From NCBI GenBank assembly GCA_965261005.1, contig OZ253375.1:352001-416000 (forward strand): a stretch of DNA of 64,000 bases, in the 5' to 3' direction. Shown here in pieces: positions 1-10,717 of the stretch. Below the pieces are notes generated by a model. It ran no database searches, was not told the DNA's origin, and saw nothing but the letters and a program-made list of their open reading frames with translations. This DNA comes from Deinococcus sp. GTDB lineage: Bacteria; Deinococcota; Deinococci; Deinococcales; Deinococcaceae. The position numbers and the translations under genes are program-made. The stretch's first letter is position 1. Every line of letters starts with the position of its first letter.

Positions 1-2
1 TT

Positions 3-299
3 GCCAATGGTCTTGTCGCCGTCGGGCAGCAGCGGAAAGCTGAGCTGGCAGGCGTCGCGGAACTTGGCCTGCGCCGCCTCGGTGTCGGTGCTGACCCCGA
101 TAATCTGCGTGTCCAGCCGCTCGAACTCGGGCCGGGCGGCCTCGAAGCGCCTCGCCTCCAGCGCGCAGGCGGCTGAGTTCGCCTTGGGATAAAAAAACAG
201 CACGACCCAGCGGCCCCGCAGCTCATTCAAGCTAACCTCCCGCCCGTCGTCGCTGCGCGCGTGCAGCGGCGGCGCCATCTCTCCCGATTGGAGCGTCAT
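3..299 (-). CDS. bcp: Peroxiredoxin (BCP/AhpC-TSA family), 3' end runs off window
   Basis: Manual translation MTLQSGEMAPPLHARSDDGREVSLNELRGRWVVLFFYPKANSAACALE...; PxxxSxxC peroxidatic motif; TAAAAT 6 nt upstream of ATG. Confidence 0.85.
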   Translation of the reverse strand, partial: MTLQSGEMAPPLHARSDDGREVSLNELRGRWVVLFFYPKANSAACALEARRFEAARPEFERLDTQIIGVSTDTEAAQAKFRDACQLSFPLLPDGDKTIG

Positions 300-396
300 G
301 GCGGCATTTTAGGCGGCCCCCGAGCCGAAAATGCGACGGCGGCGCCCTTTAGAATGCGGGCGTGAACAGGGTGCGCGCGAACGTGAAGGCTTCGCC

Positions 397-1965
397 ATGA
401 AGACCTTGCTGGAGCCGCTTGCCCCCTTCGCGGGCCGGCCGGTGCTGCTCGGCCTGTCCGGCGGCGCCGACTCGGTGGGCCTGCTGCGCGCCTTGCTGGA
501 GGTGGGGGCGCGGGTCACGGCGGCCCACCTCGACCACGGGTTGCGGCCCGACTCCGCCGGGGACGCGGTTTGGGTGACGGCCCTGTGCGCCGAGCTGGGC
601 GTGCCGCTCGAATTGGGCGCGGCGGACGTGGCGCGCGTGGCGCGGGCGCGGGGCGCGTCCCTGGAAGCCGCCGCCCGCACGGTGCGCTACGGCTTTTTGA
701 CGCGGGCGGCGCGTGGCAGCGGCAGCGAGGCCGTGCTGACCGCCCACACGCGCGGCGACCAGGCCGAGACCGTGCTGCACCAATTGCTGCGCGGCGAGCA
801 CGCCCTCACCGGCATTGCGGCGCGGCGCGGCCGGGTAGCGCGTCCCTGGCTGAACGCCGAACGGGCGGACATTGAAGCTTGGCTGCGCGAGCTGAACCAA
901 CCTTGGCTGAGCGACCCCAGCAACGCGGACCCGCGCTTTACCCGCAATTGGCTGCGCGCCGAGGTGCTGCCCCTGCTCAGGTCGCGCTTTCCGGGGCTGA
1001 ACGCCTCCCTCGCCCGCCACGCCGCCCTGCAAAGCGAGGACGAGGCGCTGCTGAGCAGCTTGGCCGACGCCATGCCCCCCCACGCCAACCTGCGCCGCGA
1101 GCCGCCGGCGGTGCTGCGCCGCTGGGTGGCGGGCCGGCTCAACGCGGCTCAGCTGGACTTCCACGCCGAACACGTCCAGCGTCTGACGCGGGCGCTGACG
1201 GTGGGGGAGACGCTTCACGTCAGCTTGCCGGGGGGGCGCGAGGTGAGCGCCACGGGAGGGCGGCTGCACCTGGAGCCGGCGGAGTGGCCGCGGCCCGACT
1301 TTCCCACCCCCGACAGTTGGACCCTGCGCCACCGCCAAGACGGCGACCGCATCCGACTGTCTGGAGGCGAGCGCAAGCTCTCGGACGTGTTGACCGACAG
1401 GAAGGTGCCTAGAGGGGAGCGTGACCGCTTGTGGCTGCTGGCCGAGGGCGAGCAGGTCCGCTGGCTGGGCCTCGATCCGCCGCTGTGGGCGCATGGCTTC
1501 GGCGAAAACGTCCAGCCTTGGCACCGCGAGATGGGGGAGGCGCTTTCGGAGGCTCGCAAAGCTTTTGACTCGGGCGAGGTGCCGGTGGGGGCCGTGGTGC
1601 TTTGCGGCGGCGAGGTGGTTGCGCGGGCGCACAACACCTCGCGCGCGGCCGGGGACATGACCCAACATGCCGAACTCAACGCCCTACGACAAGCGGCGGC
1701 CACCCTGAACACCCCTTACCTGACCGGCTGCACCCTGCTGGTCACGCTCGAACCCTGCCCGATGTGCTACGGCGCCGCTCTTGAGGCCCGGGTGGGGCGG
1801 GTGGTCTACGGCGCGCCCAACCCCAAGCAGGGCGCCCTGGGGGGCGTGGCCGACTTGTCGCGCCTGAACTGGGGCGGGGGGCCGGAGATCGTGGCCGGCG
1901 TGCGGGCGCGCGAGGCGGCGCGGCTGCTGGGGGACTTTTTCGAGGGGCGCCGAGCCACTTCATAG
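397..1965 (+). CDS. tilS: tRNA(Ile)-lysidine synthetase TilS fused to C-terminal TadA-like tRNA adenosine deaminase
   Basis: SGGADS PP-loop, [28 protein letters not shown]-terminal EVPVGAV, HAE and LEPCPMC deaminase motifs. Confidence 0.9.
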   Translation: MKTLLEPLAPFAGRPVLLGLSGGADSVGLLRALLEVGARVTAAHLDHGLRPDSAGDAVWVTALCAELGVPLELGAADVARVARARGASLEAAARTVRYGFLTRAARGSGSEAVLTAHTRGDQAETVLHQLLRGEHALTGIAARRGRVARPWLNAERADIEAWLRELNQPWLSDPSNADPRFTRNWLRAEVLPLLRSRFPGLNASLARHAALQSEDEALLSSLADAMPPHANLRREPPAVLRRWVAGRLNAAQLDFHAEHVQRLTRALTVGETLHVSLPGGREVSATGGRLHLEPAEWPRPDFPTPDSWTLRHRQDGDRIRLSGGERKLSDVLTDRKVPRGERDRLWLLAEGEQVRWLGLDPPLWAHGFGENVQPWHREMGEALSEARKAFDSGEVPVGAVVLCGGEVVARAHNTSRAAGDMTQHAELNALRQAAATLNTPYLTGCTLLVTLEPCPMCYGAALEARVGRVVYGAPNPKQGALGGVADLSRLNWGGGPEIVAGVRAREAARLLGDFFEGRRATS

Positions 1966-2646
1966 GATGCGCTTGGGTAAAAATTGAAGGGCGTCGGCCG
2001 CCACCAGGTAGGTCGGCACGCCCCCCCAAGACTGCAAGCTGCGCTCCGGCGGCACGCCGTGCAGGTGGCCGTACACCACGGCGTCCGGCCGCGCCCCCTC
2101 GATCAGCTCGGTGAAGCCGCTCGCCGCGAAGCCCGGCCCGTTGGGCGGGTAGTGCAGCATCAGGACGGTCCTGGTCGCCTTCAGGGCGCGCGCCGCCGCC
2201 AGCGCGAGGCGCAGGCGCTCCAACTCGCGGCGGTAGATCTTCTCGTCCTCTGGCCCGAAGCCCTCGCTGTGCGGCGTCGCCCAGCCGCGCGTCCCGCACA
2301 CCGCGACGTCGCCGAAGCGCAGCGCGTCGTTTTGCACCGCGAACATGCCCGGCGGCAGGGCGGCGCGCAGCCTGGAGATGGACGGCCACCAATAGTCGTG
2401 GTTGCCGCGCGAGATCACCTTGTGCCCCGGCAAAGCCGCCACCTGCCGCAAATCGAACAGGGCGTCCTCCAGCTTCATGGCCCACGACAAGTCCCCCGGC
2501 AGCAGCACCAGGTCGTCCTCACGCACTACCTCGCGCCAGCGCTCGAAGATAATCTGCGGGTGACCTTGCCAATGCCGCCCGAACACCGTCATGGGCTTGG
2601 GATGAACCCCGGACAGGTGCAAGTCGGCGATGGCGTAGACCTTCAT
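1960..2646 (-). CDS. Calcineurin-like metallophosphoesterase
   Basis: DLH, GD, GNHD, HYPP, GHLH motifs. Confidence 0.85.
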   Translation of the reverse strand: MKVYAIADLHLSGVHPKPMTVFGRHWQGHPQIIFERWREVVREDDLVLLPGDLSWAMKLEDALFDLRQVAALPGHKVISRGNHDYWWPSISRLRAALPPGMFAVQNDALRFGDVAVCGTRGWATPHSEGFGPEDEKIYRRELERLRLALAAARALKATRTVLMLHYPPNGPGFAASGFTELIEGARPDAVVYGHLHGVPPERSLQSWGGVPTYLVAADALQFLPKRIL

Positions 2647-2697
2647 GCGCGAAGCCCTCCTTCTAAAAAGCAGCGCAGCCTAAAAAGCAGTGCAGCG

Positions 2698-2724
2698 AAA
2701 AAACGGCCCCCGAACGGGAGCCGC
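2698..2724 (-). terminator. Intrinsic terminator after tRNA-Pro
   Basis: GCGGCTCCCG-TT-CGGGGGCCG hairpin followed by T-run on minus strand. Confidence 0.6.
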
Positions 2725-2731
2725 TGCTGTG

Positions 2732-2809
<78 letters not shown>

Positions 2810-2878
2810 AACCACGCCGTCCGGGGCCGGATTAGCCCCTTCGTGCGGAAGGTAGTCTATCCACGCCGCCCTTTGTCG

Positions 2879-3328
2879 TCAAGCGCTTTCCTCGTCCGGC
2901 CCTTCCAAACCGGCCAGAACTTTCCAGATCACGTCGCTTCCGAAGCCGCGCCGCGCCAGGAAGCCGAAGGCGCTGGCCCTGGGGTTCTTCGCGCGCGCCC
3001 ACTTGTCGCGGTACTTTTCGACCAAGCGCGCGGCCTCGGCCACGTCACGCGCCCCGTCGCGCCCGGCCAGCACCTGCTCAGCGACGTCGCGCGCCACGCC
3101 GCGCCGCGCCAGCTCCGAGCGAACGCGCAGGGGGCCGACCCCGCGCTTCTCGCCGGTGGCGCGCGCCAGCGCCTCGTCGTTCAGGTAGCCGAGTTCACGC
3201 AGCCGCGCCAGCACCTGCTCCGCCTCCGGCCCAGCCACGCCGCGCTTTGCAAGGCGCTCGCGCAGCTCGCGCTCGCTGAGGGCGCGCTGCGACAGCGCCC
3301 GGAAGGCGTACTGCATGGCGTCCGACAT
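2879..3328 (-). CDS. recX: Regulatory protein RecX
   Basis: [48 protein letters not shown] 6 nt upstream of ATG. Confidence 0.9.
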   Translation of the reverse strand: MSDAMQYAFRALSQRALSERELRERLAKRGVAGPEAEQVLARLRELGYLNDEALARATGEKRGVGPLRVRSELARRGVARDVAEQVLAGRDGARDVAEAARLVEKYRDKWARAKNPRASAFGFLARRGFGSDVIWKVLAGLEGPDEESA

Positions 3329-3507
3329 GGCTCAAGTTTACCTTGCCTTTTGTCCCGCCCACCCTGTAGACTTCCAAAGTTGCCCACCGCGTGGTGGGCG
3401 GCCCGCCCAGCCTGACAAGAGGTTTGGCGGCGCGCGGTCAGATATGGCCGTCGCTCGCGTTCCGCCCCCATGCGGGACCGCCCCGCCCAGCGGGAGAAAG
3501 GATCAGC

Positions 3508-3801
3508 ATGGCCCTGCGCCACAAGTCGGCCCAAAAGCGTCACCGCCAAAGCCTCAAGCGGAGGATGCGCAACCGCAGCAAGAAGTCCACCATCAAGACC
3601 TTTACCAAAAAGGCCATTGAGGCCGCCAACACCGGCGCTCAGGACGCCGTGAGCTTGCAGCGTCAGGCCGAGAGCCTGATCGACAAGGCGGCCAAGGGTT
3701 CGACCCTGCACAAAAACGCCGCCGCGCGCAAAAAGAGCCGCCTCGCCAAGCAGCTCAACAAGCTGAACGCGGCGCAGACCGGGCAAAGCGCGCCACAGTA
3801 A
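3508..3801 (+). CDS. rpsT: 30S ribosomal protein S20
   Basis: [23 protein letters not shown]...[22 protein letters not shown]. Confidence 0.97.
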   Translation: MALRHKSAQKRHRQSLKRRMRNRSKKSTIKTFTKKAIEAANTGAQDAVSLQRQAESLIDKAAKGSTLHKNAAARKKSRLAKQLNKLNAAQTGQSAPQ

Positions 3802-3815
3802 GCCGAGCTGCACTC

Positions 3816-3847
3816 AGGGCGGGCTTCGGCCCGCCTCTTTCGTATTT
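3816..3847 (+). terminator. Intrinsic terminator after rpsT
   Basis: GGCGGGC-TTCG-GCCCGCC followed by TCTTTCGTATTT. Confidence 0.7.
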
Positions 3848-4229
3848 ATGGCTGAAATCCCGGCCCGCTGCGGTCCTCCGCGATTTCTAGCCGCCCGGTG
3901 AAGTGGTCGAGCAGCACCTGAAGCTTGTAAAAGCCGGGGGTTCCCTTCGCCTGCAAGTTCAGGCTGTACTTGCCCTTGACGCACTCCTGACCGTCAATGC
4001 GCGTCCCGTCCGGCCGGAACAGCAAGAAGGTCGCCGCACCTGACCGGGTCGTGCAGGTGCCCATCAACTTGAGCGAGCCGCTGGTGTCCGCCAACTGATA
4101 GCTGTAGACGTTTTGGCCCTGGGCGTTGTACATCCAAACGGGTGTCAGGGACAGGTAACCCAGGCGCAGGCCGAAAAAGGAGGTCAAGGCGACCAGCCCC
4201 ACGATCAAGACGATAATGGCCCAACGCAT
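3846..4229 (-). CDS. Hypothetical protein with N-terminal membrane anchor/signal
   Basis: 127 aa ORF, hydrophobic N-terminus, beta-rich remainder with a Cys pair. Confidence 0.65.
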   Translation of the reverse strand: MRWAIIVLIVGLVALTSFFGLRLGYLSLTPVWMYNAQGQNVYSYQLADTSGSLKLMGTCTTRSGAATFLLFRPDGTRIDGQECVKGKYSLNLQAKGTPGFYKLQVLLDHFTGRLEIAEDRSGPGFQP

Positions 4230-4348
4230 ATAGGTTCAGTGTACGTTCGTTTATGGCCTCTTAACAAGTCATTCACGAGCTTGTCTGTGGACCGCAATCG
4301 TAGCTTTGCCCCGTTCCAACGGCCGCGCGCCCCTTAAACTCTCTCCCT

Positions 4349-5467
4349 GTGCGAATAGCCGTGTTGTGTCACGCCAGCGCCGGCGGCTCGGGGGTGGTGG
4401 CGACCGAACTGGGGCTGCTGGTCGCCGCGAGCGGCCACGAGGTCCATTTCGTGGGGTCGTCACAGCCGTTCCGCCTGTCCGGCCGCGCCAACCGCGACGG
4501 GCCGTACTTTCACCAGGTGGGCAGCTACGCCTACGCCCTGTTCGAGCAACCCTTTCCCGAGCTGGCCGAGACCAACGCGCTGACCGAGGTGATTCTGGAA
4601 CACGGCATCCAGCTCACCCACGCCCACTACGCCATTCCGCACGCCAGCAGCGCCATTCACGCGCGCACCATCACCGGGCGCGGCAAGGTCATGACGACGT
4701 TGCACGGCACCGACGTGACGCTGGTGGGCCTCGACCCGACCTTTCGCCACTCGACCCGGGACGCCATCGAGCGCTCGGACGCGGTCACGGCGGTGTCGCA
4801 CTTTCTGGCTCAGCAGACCCGCGAGGTGTTTGGGACCGACAAGCCCATAGAGGTTATCCACAACTTCGTGGACACGGCGCGCTTCGTGCCGAATGCCGAC
4901 CCGGCCGTGCGCGCCCGCTTCGCTGGGCCGGACGAGGCCATCCTGGTTCACGTCAGCAACTTTCGCCCGGTCAAGCGCACGGCGGACGTGGTGGAGGTCT
5001 TCGCCCGCGTGAGCGCGGAGCTGCCCGCCCGCCTGCTGATGATCGGCGACGGCCCCGAGCGCACCCTCGCCGCGCAGCGCGCCGCCGAGCTGGGCGTATT
5101 GGGCCGCACCCACTTCCTCGGCAGCTTCCCGGACGTGGAGACGGTGCTGGGCGTCGCCGACCTATTTTTGCTGCCCAGCGCCAAGGAGAGTTTCGGCCTG
5201 GTCGCGCTGGAGGCCATGAGCTGCGAGGTGCCGGTGGTCGCCAGCGACATCGGCGGCATTCCAGAGGTGGTCGAGCGGGGCGTCAGCGGTGATCTGTGCG
5301 CGCTGGGCGACATGGACGGCATGGCGCACGCCGCGCTGGAGATTCTCAAGGACCCGGAAAAGAAAAGGTGCATGGGCGAGGCTGCGAGGAAGCGGGCCGT
5401 CGAACACTTTCATCCTGATTTGATCGTGCCCCAGTATTTGGAGGCGTACCAAAGACTTCTGGATTAG
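4349..5467 (+). CDS. bshA: N-acetyl-alpha-D-glucosaminyl L-malate synthase (bacillithiol biosynthesis)
   Basis: [48 protein letters not shown]. Confidence 0.93.
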   Translation: MRIAVLCHASAGGSGVVATELGLLVAASGHEVHFVGSSQPFRLSGRANRDGPYFHQVGSYAYALFEQPFPELAETNALTEVILEHGIQLTHAHYAIPHASSAIHARTITGRGKVMTTLHGTDVTLVGLDPTFRHSTRDAIERSDAVTAVSHFLAQQTREVFGTDKPIEVIHNFVDTARFVPNADPAVRARFAGPDEAILVHVSNFRPVKRTADVVEVFARVSAELPARLLMIGDGPERTLAAQRAAELGVLGRTHFLGSFPDVETVLGVADLFLLPSAKESFGLVALEAMSCEVPVVASDIGGIPEVVERGVSGDLCALGDMDGMAHAALEILKDPEKKRCMGEAARKRAVEHFHPDLIVPQYLEAYQRLLD

Positions 5468-6021
5468 CGCGGCGTCAGCGCCAGATCGCTTGCTCCCGGC
5501 GTGACGCTCACCTTCGGCGCCTTGCCCGGCACTATGGCCAGCACATTCCAACCCTCATTCAGCCTCGCCTCGAAGCCGCGCGCCGCCGTCACGGTCGCCG
5601 CGTCCTTGACGAACACCAGCGCCACCGCCGCCTTGCCAAGCTGGGGCCGTAACTCCGTGACAGCCTCGTTCTCGTCGCGCCGATTGTTGCCGTTGGCGTC
5701 CCCGTAGAGAAACAGCCGCAGCTCGCCCGCCTGAACGCCGCCCGACACGCTCACGTCGCCGCTCAGCCCCGGCCAGGTCAGGGCGTCGGAACGCAGCGGC
5801 CACAGCGCCGGCCCGCTCGGCGGCGCGTCGGGGACGTTCAAGGCGAAGTGGTCTGCTTTCAGTGGCGCGCTCGCCACCTCGCTGATCGCCCGCCCGGAGG
5901 CGTCCAGCAGCCAGGCGCCCACCCGCGCCCCCGCCGGCAGCTCGCCCGACACGCTGCCACTCAGGGACAGCGCGCCGGCAGTACTGGAGAGCAGGAGGAC
6001 GGTGAACCAGGCGCGCGTCAT
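5464..6021 (-). CDS. Secreted hypothetical protein
   Basis: Signal peptide [26 protein letters not shown] loop; GWN motif. Confidence 0.65.
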   Translation of the reverse strand: MTRAWFTVLLLSSTAGALSLSGSVSGELPAGARVGAWLLDASGRAISEVASAPLKADHFALNVPDAPPSGPALWPLRSDALTWPGLSGDVSVSGGVQAGELRLFLYGDANGNNRRDENEAVTELRPQLGKAAVALVFVKDAATVTAARGFEARLNEGWNVLAIVPGKAPKVSVTPGASDLALTPR

Positions 6022-6052
6022 GGTCTCACGGTCAGTGAAGCGCCGTCGGCCG

Positions 6053-7003
6053 TCACTTCGCCGCGAGCTGAAAGGGCAGAGGCTGGCCCTTTGGCGCCGA
6101 CCAGGTGCCGGAAAAGGTCTTGTCGTTCAGCTTGCCCTTGAAGGTGCCGGACTGGGTGGCGCTGTTCTCGGCGTTGTCGAAGGCGTACTCCTTGAGCGTC
6201 GCGCTACCATCTTTGCCCACGGTTCCGACGATGTACAGTCGGTCTTGGAGTGGGACGGGCTTGTCCTTGTCATAGAAGTAGGTGCCCCACAGCCACTTGC
6301 CGCTACGGCGCAGCTGCATGTTGACCTTCAGGTTCTTGCTGATGGTGCCAGCAAAGGGCTTGTTGTAGTTCGGCCCCCTCGGGTCCTTGAGGTCCGGGCT
6401 GGAGGCGTTGGCGAGAATGACGCTTTCGATAGGATAATCAATGCCATTCATAACATACAGACCCTGTTTGTAGACCCATTTAATACCACCACTCCAAAAA
6501 TACCCATTGACGTTATAAGACAATGGAATGGACTTTTCAGTAAGTGGTTCGTGCTTTACAACGATAATATCATCAAAAAATTTTTTATCAGGAGCGTTCA
6601 CAAAAGAGGAAAAGGAACCACCATAGCAGTCCCCCTTAAATGGATTCGGATCACAACCTGGACGAGTGATAAGTTCTACGTCATACCCTGAGGCGTATCT
6701 TTTCTTACTAGGTCCATTGACAGAAAAATTAAACCACCTTCTCCATATTGAGCTTTTTTTCATTTCTGGTAGAGTTTCACTCCTAAGCGGTGTTCTGGCC
6801 GTAAGGTAAGGAATAGGGCCACCTATATTTTCATCTTCCAGCTCTTCGTTCAAAAGGCGCCTTATATCTGGCGTTGTATCAGGATTGGACTGTTTTGCGT
6901 TATACAGTTGGGCTATCGGTTCGGGTTGCTTCCAAGTAGTAAATTGAGTACTGGCCGATGTATTTGTAATCAGTACGACAAGAACTGCGGTTCCAAATTT
7001 CAT
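6053..7003 (-). CDS. Secreted protein, putative immunity partner of upstream DUF4157 effector
   Basis: ATG overlaps effector stop (ATGA at 7000-7003); signal peptide MKFGTAVLVVLITNTSAS; AT-rich N-terminal half; C-terminal beta-strand domain resembling those in the effector. Confidence 0.6.
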   Translation of the reverse strand: MKFGTAVLVVLITNTSASTQFTTWKQPEPIAQLYNAKQSNPDTTPDIRRLLNEELEDENIGGPIPYLTARTPLRSETLPEMKKSSIWRRWFNFSVNGPSKKRYASGYDVELITRPGCDPNPFKGDCYGGSFSSFVNAPDKKFFDDIIVVKHEPLTEKSIPLSYNVNGYFWSGGIKWVYKQGLYVMNGIDYPIESVILANASSPDLKDPRGPNYNKPFAGTISKNLKVNMQLRRSGKWLWGTYFYDKDKPVPLQDRLYIVGTVGKDGSATLKEYAFDNAENSATQSGTFKGKLNDKTFSGTWSAPKGQPLPFQLAAK

Positions 7004-10000
7004 CGCCTCTTCACCTGCCACGTTTTGGGTAACCTTGCGTAGGCAAGCGGTGGATGATTAGTGGAAACTACTTCTTCTACAGACAAGGTGCCCCGCGAGT
7101 TTATACCGTCATAAACAGCAAGACCACCTACTTTAAACAAGTTTCCCGGAAGAGGTTGGTCTAGTATTTCGAAACGTTTACGCTTATCAAGGTACACTTT
7201 GTAGTGATTCCCTGCCACCTGTCCACCTCCGACGTAGATGGCGACATGACCATACTGCTTGGGCACGTCCCAGAAGAGGATGTCGCCGGGCTGAAGGTCG
7301 TCCACGCCGGTGTAAGGATGCGTCAGCCCCTGTTGCTCGAAAGCGGCCTTGGTCTGCAAAGCCGAGCCGCCGAAGAGGCCCCGCACCTTCGTGGAACTCG
7401 TCGAGAGCGCCATGTCTTTTTGACCGAGTGCGTGTTCCACCACTTGCCGGGTCCACTTCGAGCAATGGTAGGCAATGTGTTCTGACCACCCCGCCTCTAC
7501 CCCTTCTTGAGCCGTCTTCGCAATCAGCGCTCCCAGTTCCGAAGCTTGCTTCGGTTCCTCTTGGCCCGGCGCTTGCTCTTGGGCCAACAAGTCGAGTGGC
7601 TTCAAGCGTTCATTGAGAGTGCTGGCCGCTTGACCCATGCCCTCCGCATAGTCCAGCCCGTTGATGACCCGCCGTGCCTGCACGAAGTCCTGTTGCTGTG
7701 CGTTGATGTAGGTGCCCAATTTCTTACTCGTGAATACCCCGTCCCGCATCCCCTCGGCTATCACTTTGGCCGCTAAGTCGCGGTTCGCGCTCAGCTGGTC
7801 GGGATTGTCTTTGAGAGAGCCGTCCAAAGCGTAATTCTGATTGGAAAGGCGGTCATCCCACTTCTCATAGTTATCTTTCCACGTCACCTGAGCGAAGCCG
7901 CGACCTCTGTACTTGTAGCCGTCGCCAGCTTGGGTATTGCCTTGCTGACGCGCGTTTTCCGGCCTGCCCCCGTTCGGGCCATACAGGCGCTCGAAGTAGC
8001 TGTAGTTGCCCAGCTCCTGCATGTTCAGCCCAAAGTTGCTTTCGTGCGCCGCCGTCACCAGCACGTAGGCGATCTGCCCTTTGTCGGTGATGCCCGCGTT
8101 CAAGCAGGCTTGCAGAATGCGCCGAGCGTCCTCGCGGTAGCGCGGCTTCTCGGCTAACTTGGAGTCAACGCGCGACGCGCCGTACTTGTCCGGGTCGTGC
8201 TTCATCGCGTCCGGGAGCGCAGCCAACACCGCGTCCAGAAACGCCTCCGACACGTTGCCCGTCTGCCGTGGCGCTTGGGTCGAGAGCAAAAGGGCGTAGC
8301 TGGTGTCCCCACCCGCCCAGCTGCCACTGAGTTCCATCTCCCCCTTGAGGGTCAGCGCCAGCGTCCGGCTTTGCCCCTTGTTCTTGCCGCTCGCATACGT
8401 CAGCGTCAGGTTCAGCTGGTCCCCGTCCTGCTGCCCCGCACAGCTGCCCGTGCCCAGCGTGCCGAGGGTGAAGCGCCCGTCCACTTGACCACCGTTCCCC
8501 TTGAGTCGCAGGCTCAGGTCGCTGCCCGCCAAGGTGCCGCCATACGTCCGTTCCCACGTGGGCAAAGGTGCCGGGGCTGGGGGCGCTTTGGGTGCAGCGT
8601 GAACCTCCGAGAGCGTGAAGCTGAAGGGGTGCTGCTTTGCAGTGGTCGCGTTGGTCCAAGTGCCGCTCAGCGTTTCACCGCCCTTGCCCGTGAAGCTCCC
8701 CCGGAAGCTGCCGGTGACCTTGCCCCGCTCGTCGCGCTCGGTCAGCGTGACGCTCTTGTGCTGGGGTTCGATCTCGCCCTCGACGGTGAGCCAAGCGCTT
8801 TGACCGTGGTACTGATAGCGGCCGTGCAGCGTGTTCCCGCTGCGCCGCAAGCTGAGCGCGACGCTGACGCCAGCCACGTTGCCCACGAAGTCCCGGTACC
8901 ACGTCACCTCGGGTGTCGGCGCTGCCAGACGCTGCACGGTTTTAGGCGTGTGAAGTCCGGCTTGAAAGTGCGCCTCCACGCTTTGTCTTCTCCGCTCAAA
9001 ACGCGCCAGGAACTCGGGCGTTTTGGCTTGCCGAGCGAACGTCTTGCCCGCGTCCCGCGCCTCGTGCTCTAACCCAGCGTCAGGGTCAATGCCCTTGCCC
9101 GTGACCTTCCCCTGAGCTTGCTGCCAGGTGTGGGTGACCTCATGGGCCAACAGCTCTTGGCCCTCGGCGCTCTCGGTGTCCAGCTTGCCCTGCTGAAAGA
9201 AGATGTTCGTTCCGACCGTCGCCGCGATGGCCTGAACAGACTTGGCAAAGCTGTGAGCGCTGGAGTCAGCGTGGACTCGGACAGCTTGCAAGTGTTCTCT
9301 CGGGATGTTCAGCCCCACTTCCAGTTGTCGTTGCACCGCGAGAGGCAGGGGTTGGCCGCTTCCCCTCGGAATCGCTTGGGGAGCAACGCTTGCTTCCTCC
9401 GTCAGCTTCCGTTGCAAGGCGTGCAGCTCCAACGCCTTCCGATCCTGCGCTTGGAACTGCTGATGTTCGCTTTCTGCCTCGTCAAGCGCCCGTTGTACCA
9501 AAGGACGCTCACTCGCCGGCAAGCGTTGCAGGACGACCCGCGCCACCTGCTTCCCGTTTGGCTGACGCTGTACTACGGCCAAGCTCTGCCCCAACTCAGC
9601 GTAGCGCTGAGTGGCAAGGTCGGTTCGGAAGCGCTGCGCCAAGTCCTGCGTCGCCCGCCCCTAAATGGTCGGCCAGGCGGACATGGCGACGAAGCCGCTG
9701 TGCTGGTCCGCTTGCCGCTGCAAGGCAACGGACTCGTGGACGTAGCGCTGGGCATGGTCGGCGTAAGAGGGCTGTGATCTCGTGGGACCAGTGAAGACGG
9801 CGGGCAAAGCCGGTACCTGGCTTTGCTCGGCCTGGCGTTGTAGGGCGGCTTGCAGGGCATCAGGAGGCAGCCCCTCGCTCAGCGCCTCGATCTGACGTTG
9901 CAAGGCCAGCTGCAATTGCTGACGCTGCAAGACCAAGGTGCGTTGCACCTGAGCGGCTTCGAAGACCGGGGTAACGCTCGAACGCTGGGCGACGTCTGGT

Positions 10001-10155
10001 GTTGCGAAGAACTGCTGGTAACGCTCAAGGGTGCGCTGTTGCAGATCAAGCTGGACGGCCGCCTGATTCGGAACAGGCAGCGGGGGCACATACGTGACCT
10101 GTGGCGCTGCGCCCGACCGCTGCTGACCTTGCTTGCGCTCTTCGTACTCAGACAT
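7000..10155 (-). pseudogene. DUF4157 (eCIS/PVC metallopeptidase-like) polymorphic effector with GH19 and NlpC/P60 domains, interrupted by in-frame TAG at 9661-9663
   Basis: ORFs 9661..10155 and 7000..9642 are in the same frame and collinear with paralog 43995..47372; LLAHEVTHTWQQ; AYVLVTAAHES, GDGYKYRGRGFAQVTWKDNY, ARRVING (GH19); CSKWTRQV, PGDILFW, GHVAIYVG (NlpC/P60). Confidence 0.75.
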
Positions 10156-10212
10156 GACTCATTCTAAAGGCTTTCCCGAACGTTCGGGACGCATTTACCT
10201 CTGCAAGTCCAC
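8923..10212 (-). repeat. ~1.3 kb repeat (promoter plus shared effector N-terminus), inverted relative to the copy at 43938..45233
   Basis: Collinear DNA/protein similarity from GTGGACTTGC upstream to the TVQRLA codons. Confidence 0.85.
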
Positions 10213-10246
10213 CGCGCCGCCGCTAGTGTTCGGACAGCGCACCGGC

Positions 10247-10717
10247 TCAGCGCAGGCTGAGGGCGGCCAGCGCCAGCCCGGCCACGCCCAGCGCGCAGCC
10301 GAGGGCGCGCGGCAGGATCACGCCGTCCCAGCGCCGCTGCAAGTCGCGGGCGTCCGGCGGGGTCACGCCGATCAGGGTCGCCGCCGTCTGCCGCCTGTTG
10401 ATGGGGGCCGCTACCCGTAAGTAGGCGCCGAGCTGCACGCCCAGGCCGGCGAGCGCCAAGATGGCGTATCCGCTCGCGGCCGTCCCGAGTCCAGCGCTGA
10501 AGATCAGCGCGGTCGTGGACAATATCCCGGTGACCCCGAAGACCGGCATGCGCGCGTCGCCGTAGCGGTGGAGCCGTCCCATCACGCTGGTCAGGCTGGC
10601 CTCGTCCACCTGTTGCAGCGCTGGGCGCCCGACCGCCGCAAAAAAGGCGTCTGTGCCGTAGACCACCCCGGCGGACAGCAGTCCCGTCACGATCAGCACT
10701 CCGCTCAGGGCCGTCAC
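10247..10717 (-). CDS. DUF1772/anthrone oxygenase-like membrane protein
   Basis: Four hydrophobic segments, GLLSAGV, RPAL, PINRR, RRWD..R pattern. Confidence 0.65.
   Translation of the reverse strand: MTALSGVLIVTGLLSAGVVYGTDAFFAAVGRPALQQVDEASLTSVMGRLHRYGDARMPVFGVTGILSTTALIFSAGLGTAASGYAILALAGLGVQLGAYLRVAAPINRRQTAATLIGVTPPDARDLQRRWDGVILPRALGCALGVAGLALAALSLR

Noticed and set aside
9661..9663. Pyrrolysine or selenocysteine recoding of the effector stop
   Set aside because: The codon is TAG at a non-catalytic Gln position and no pyl/sel machinery is visible; a simple nonsense change is more parsimonious.
10174..10189. Palindrome as a DdrO/RDRM radiation-response site
   Set aside because: It does not match the 17-bp AT-ended RDRM pattern as I recall it; kept only as an unknown operator candidate.
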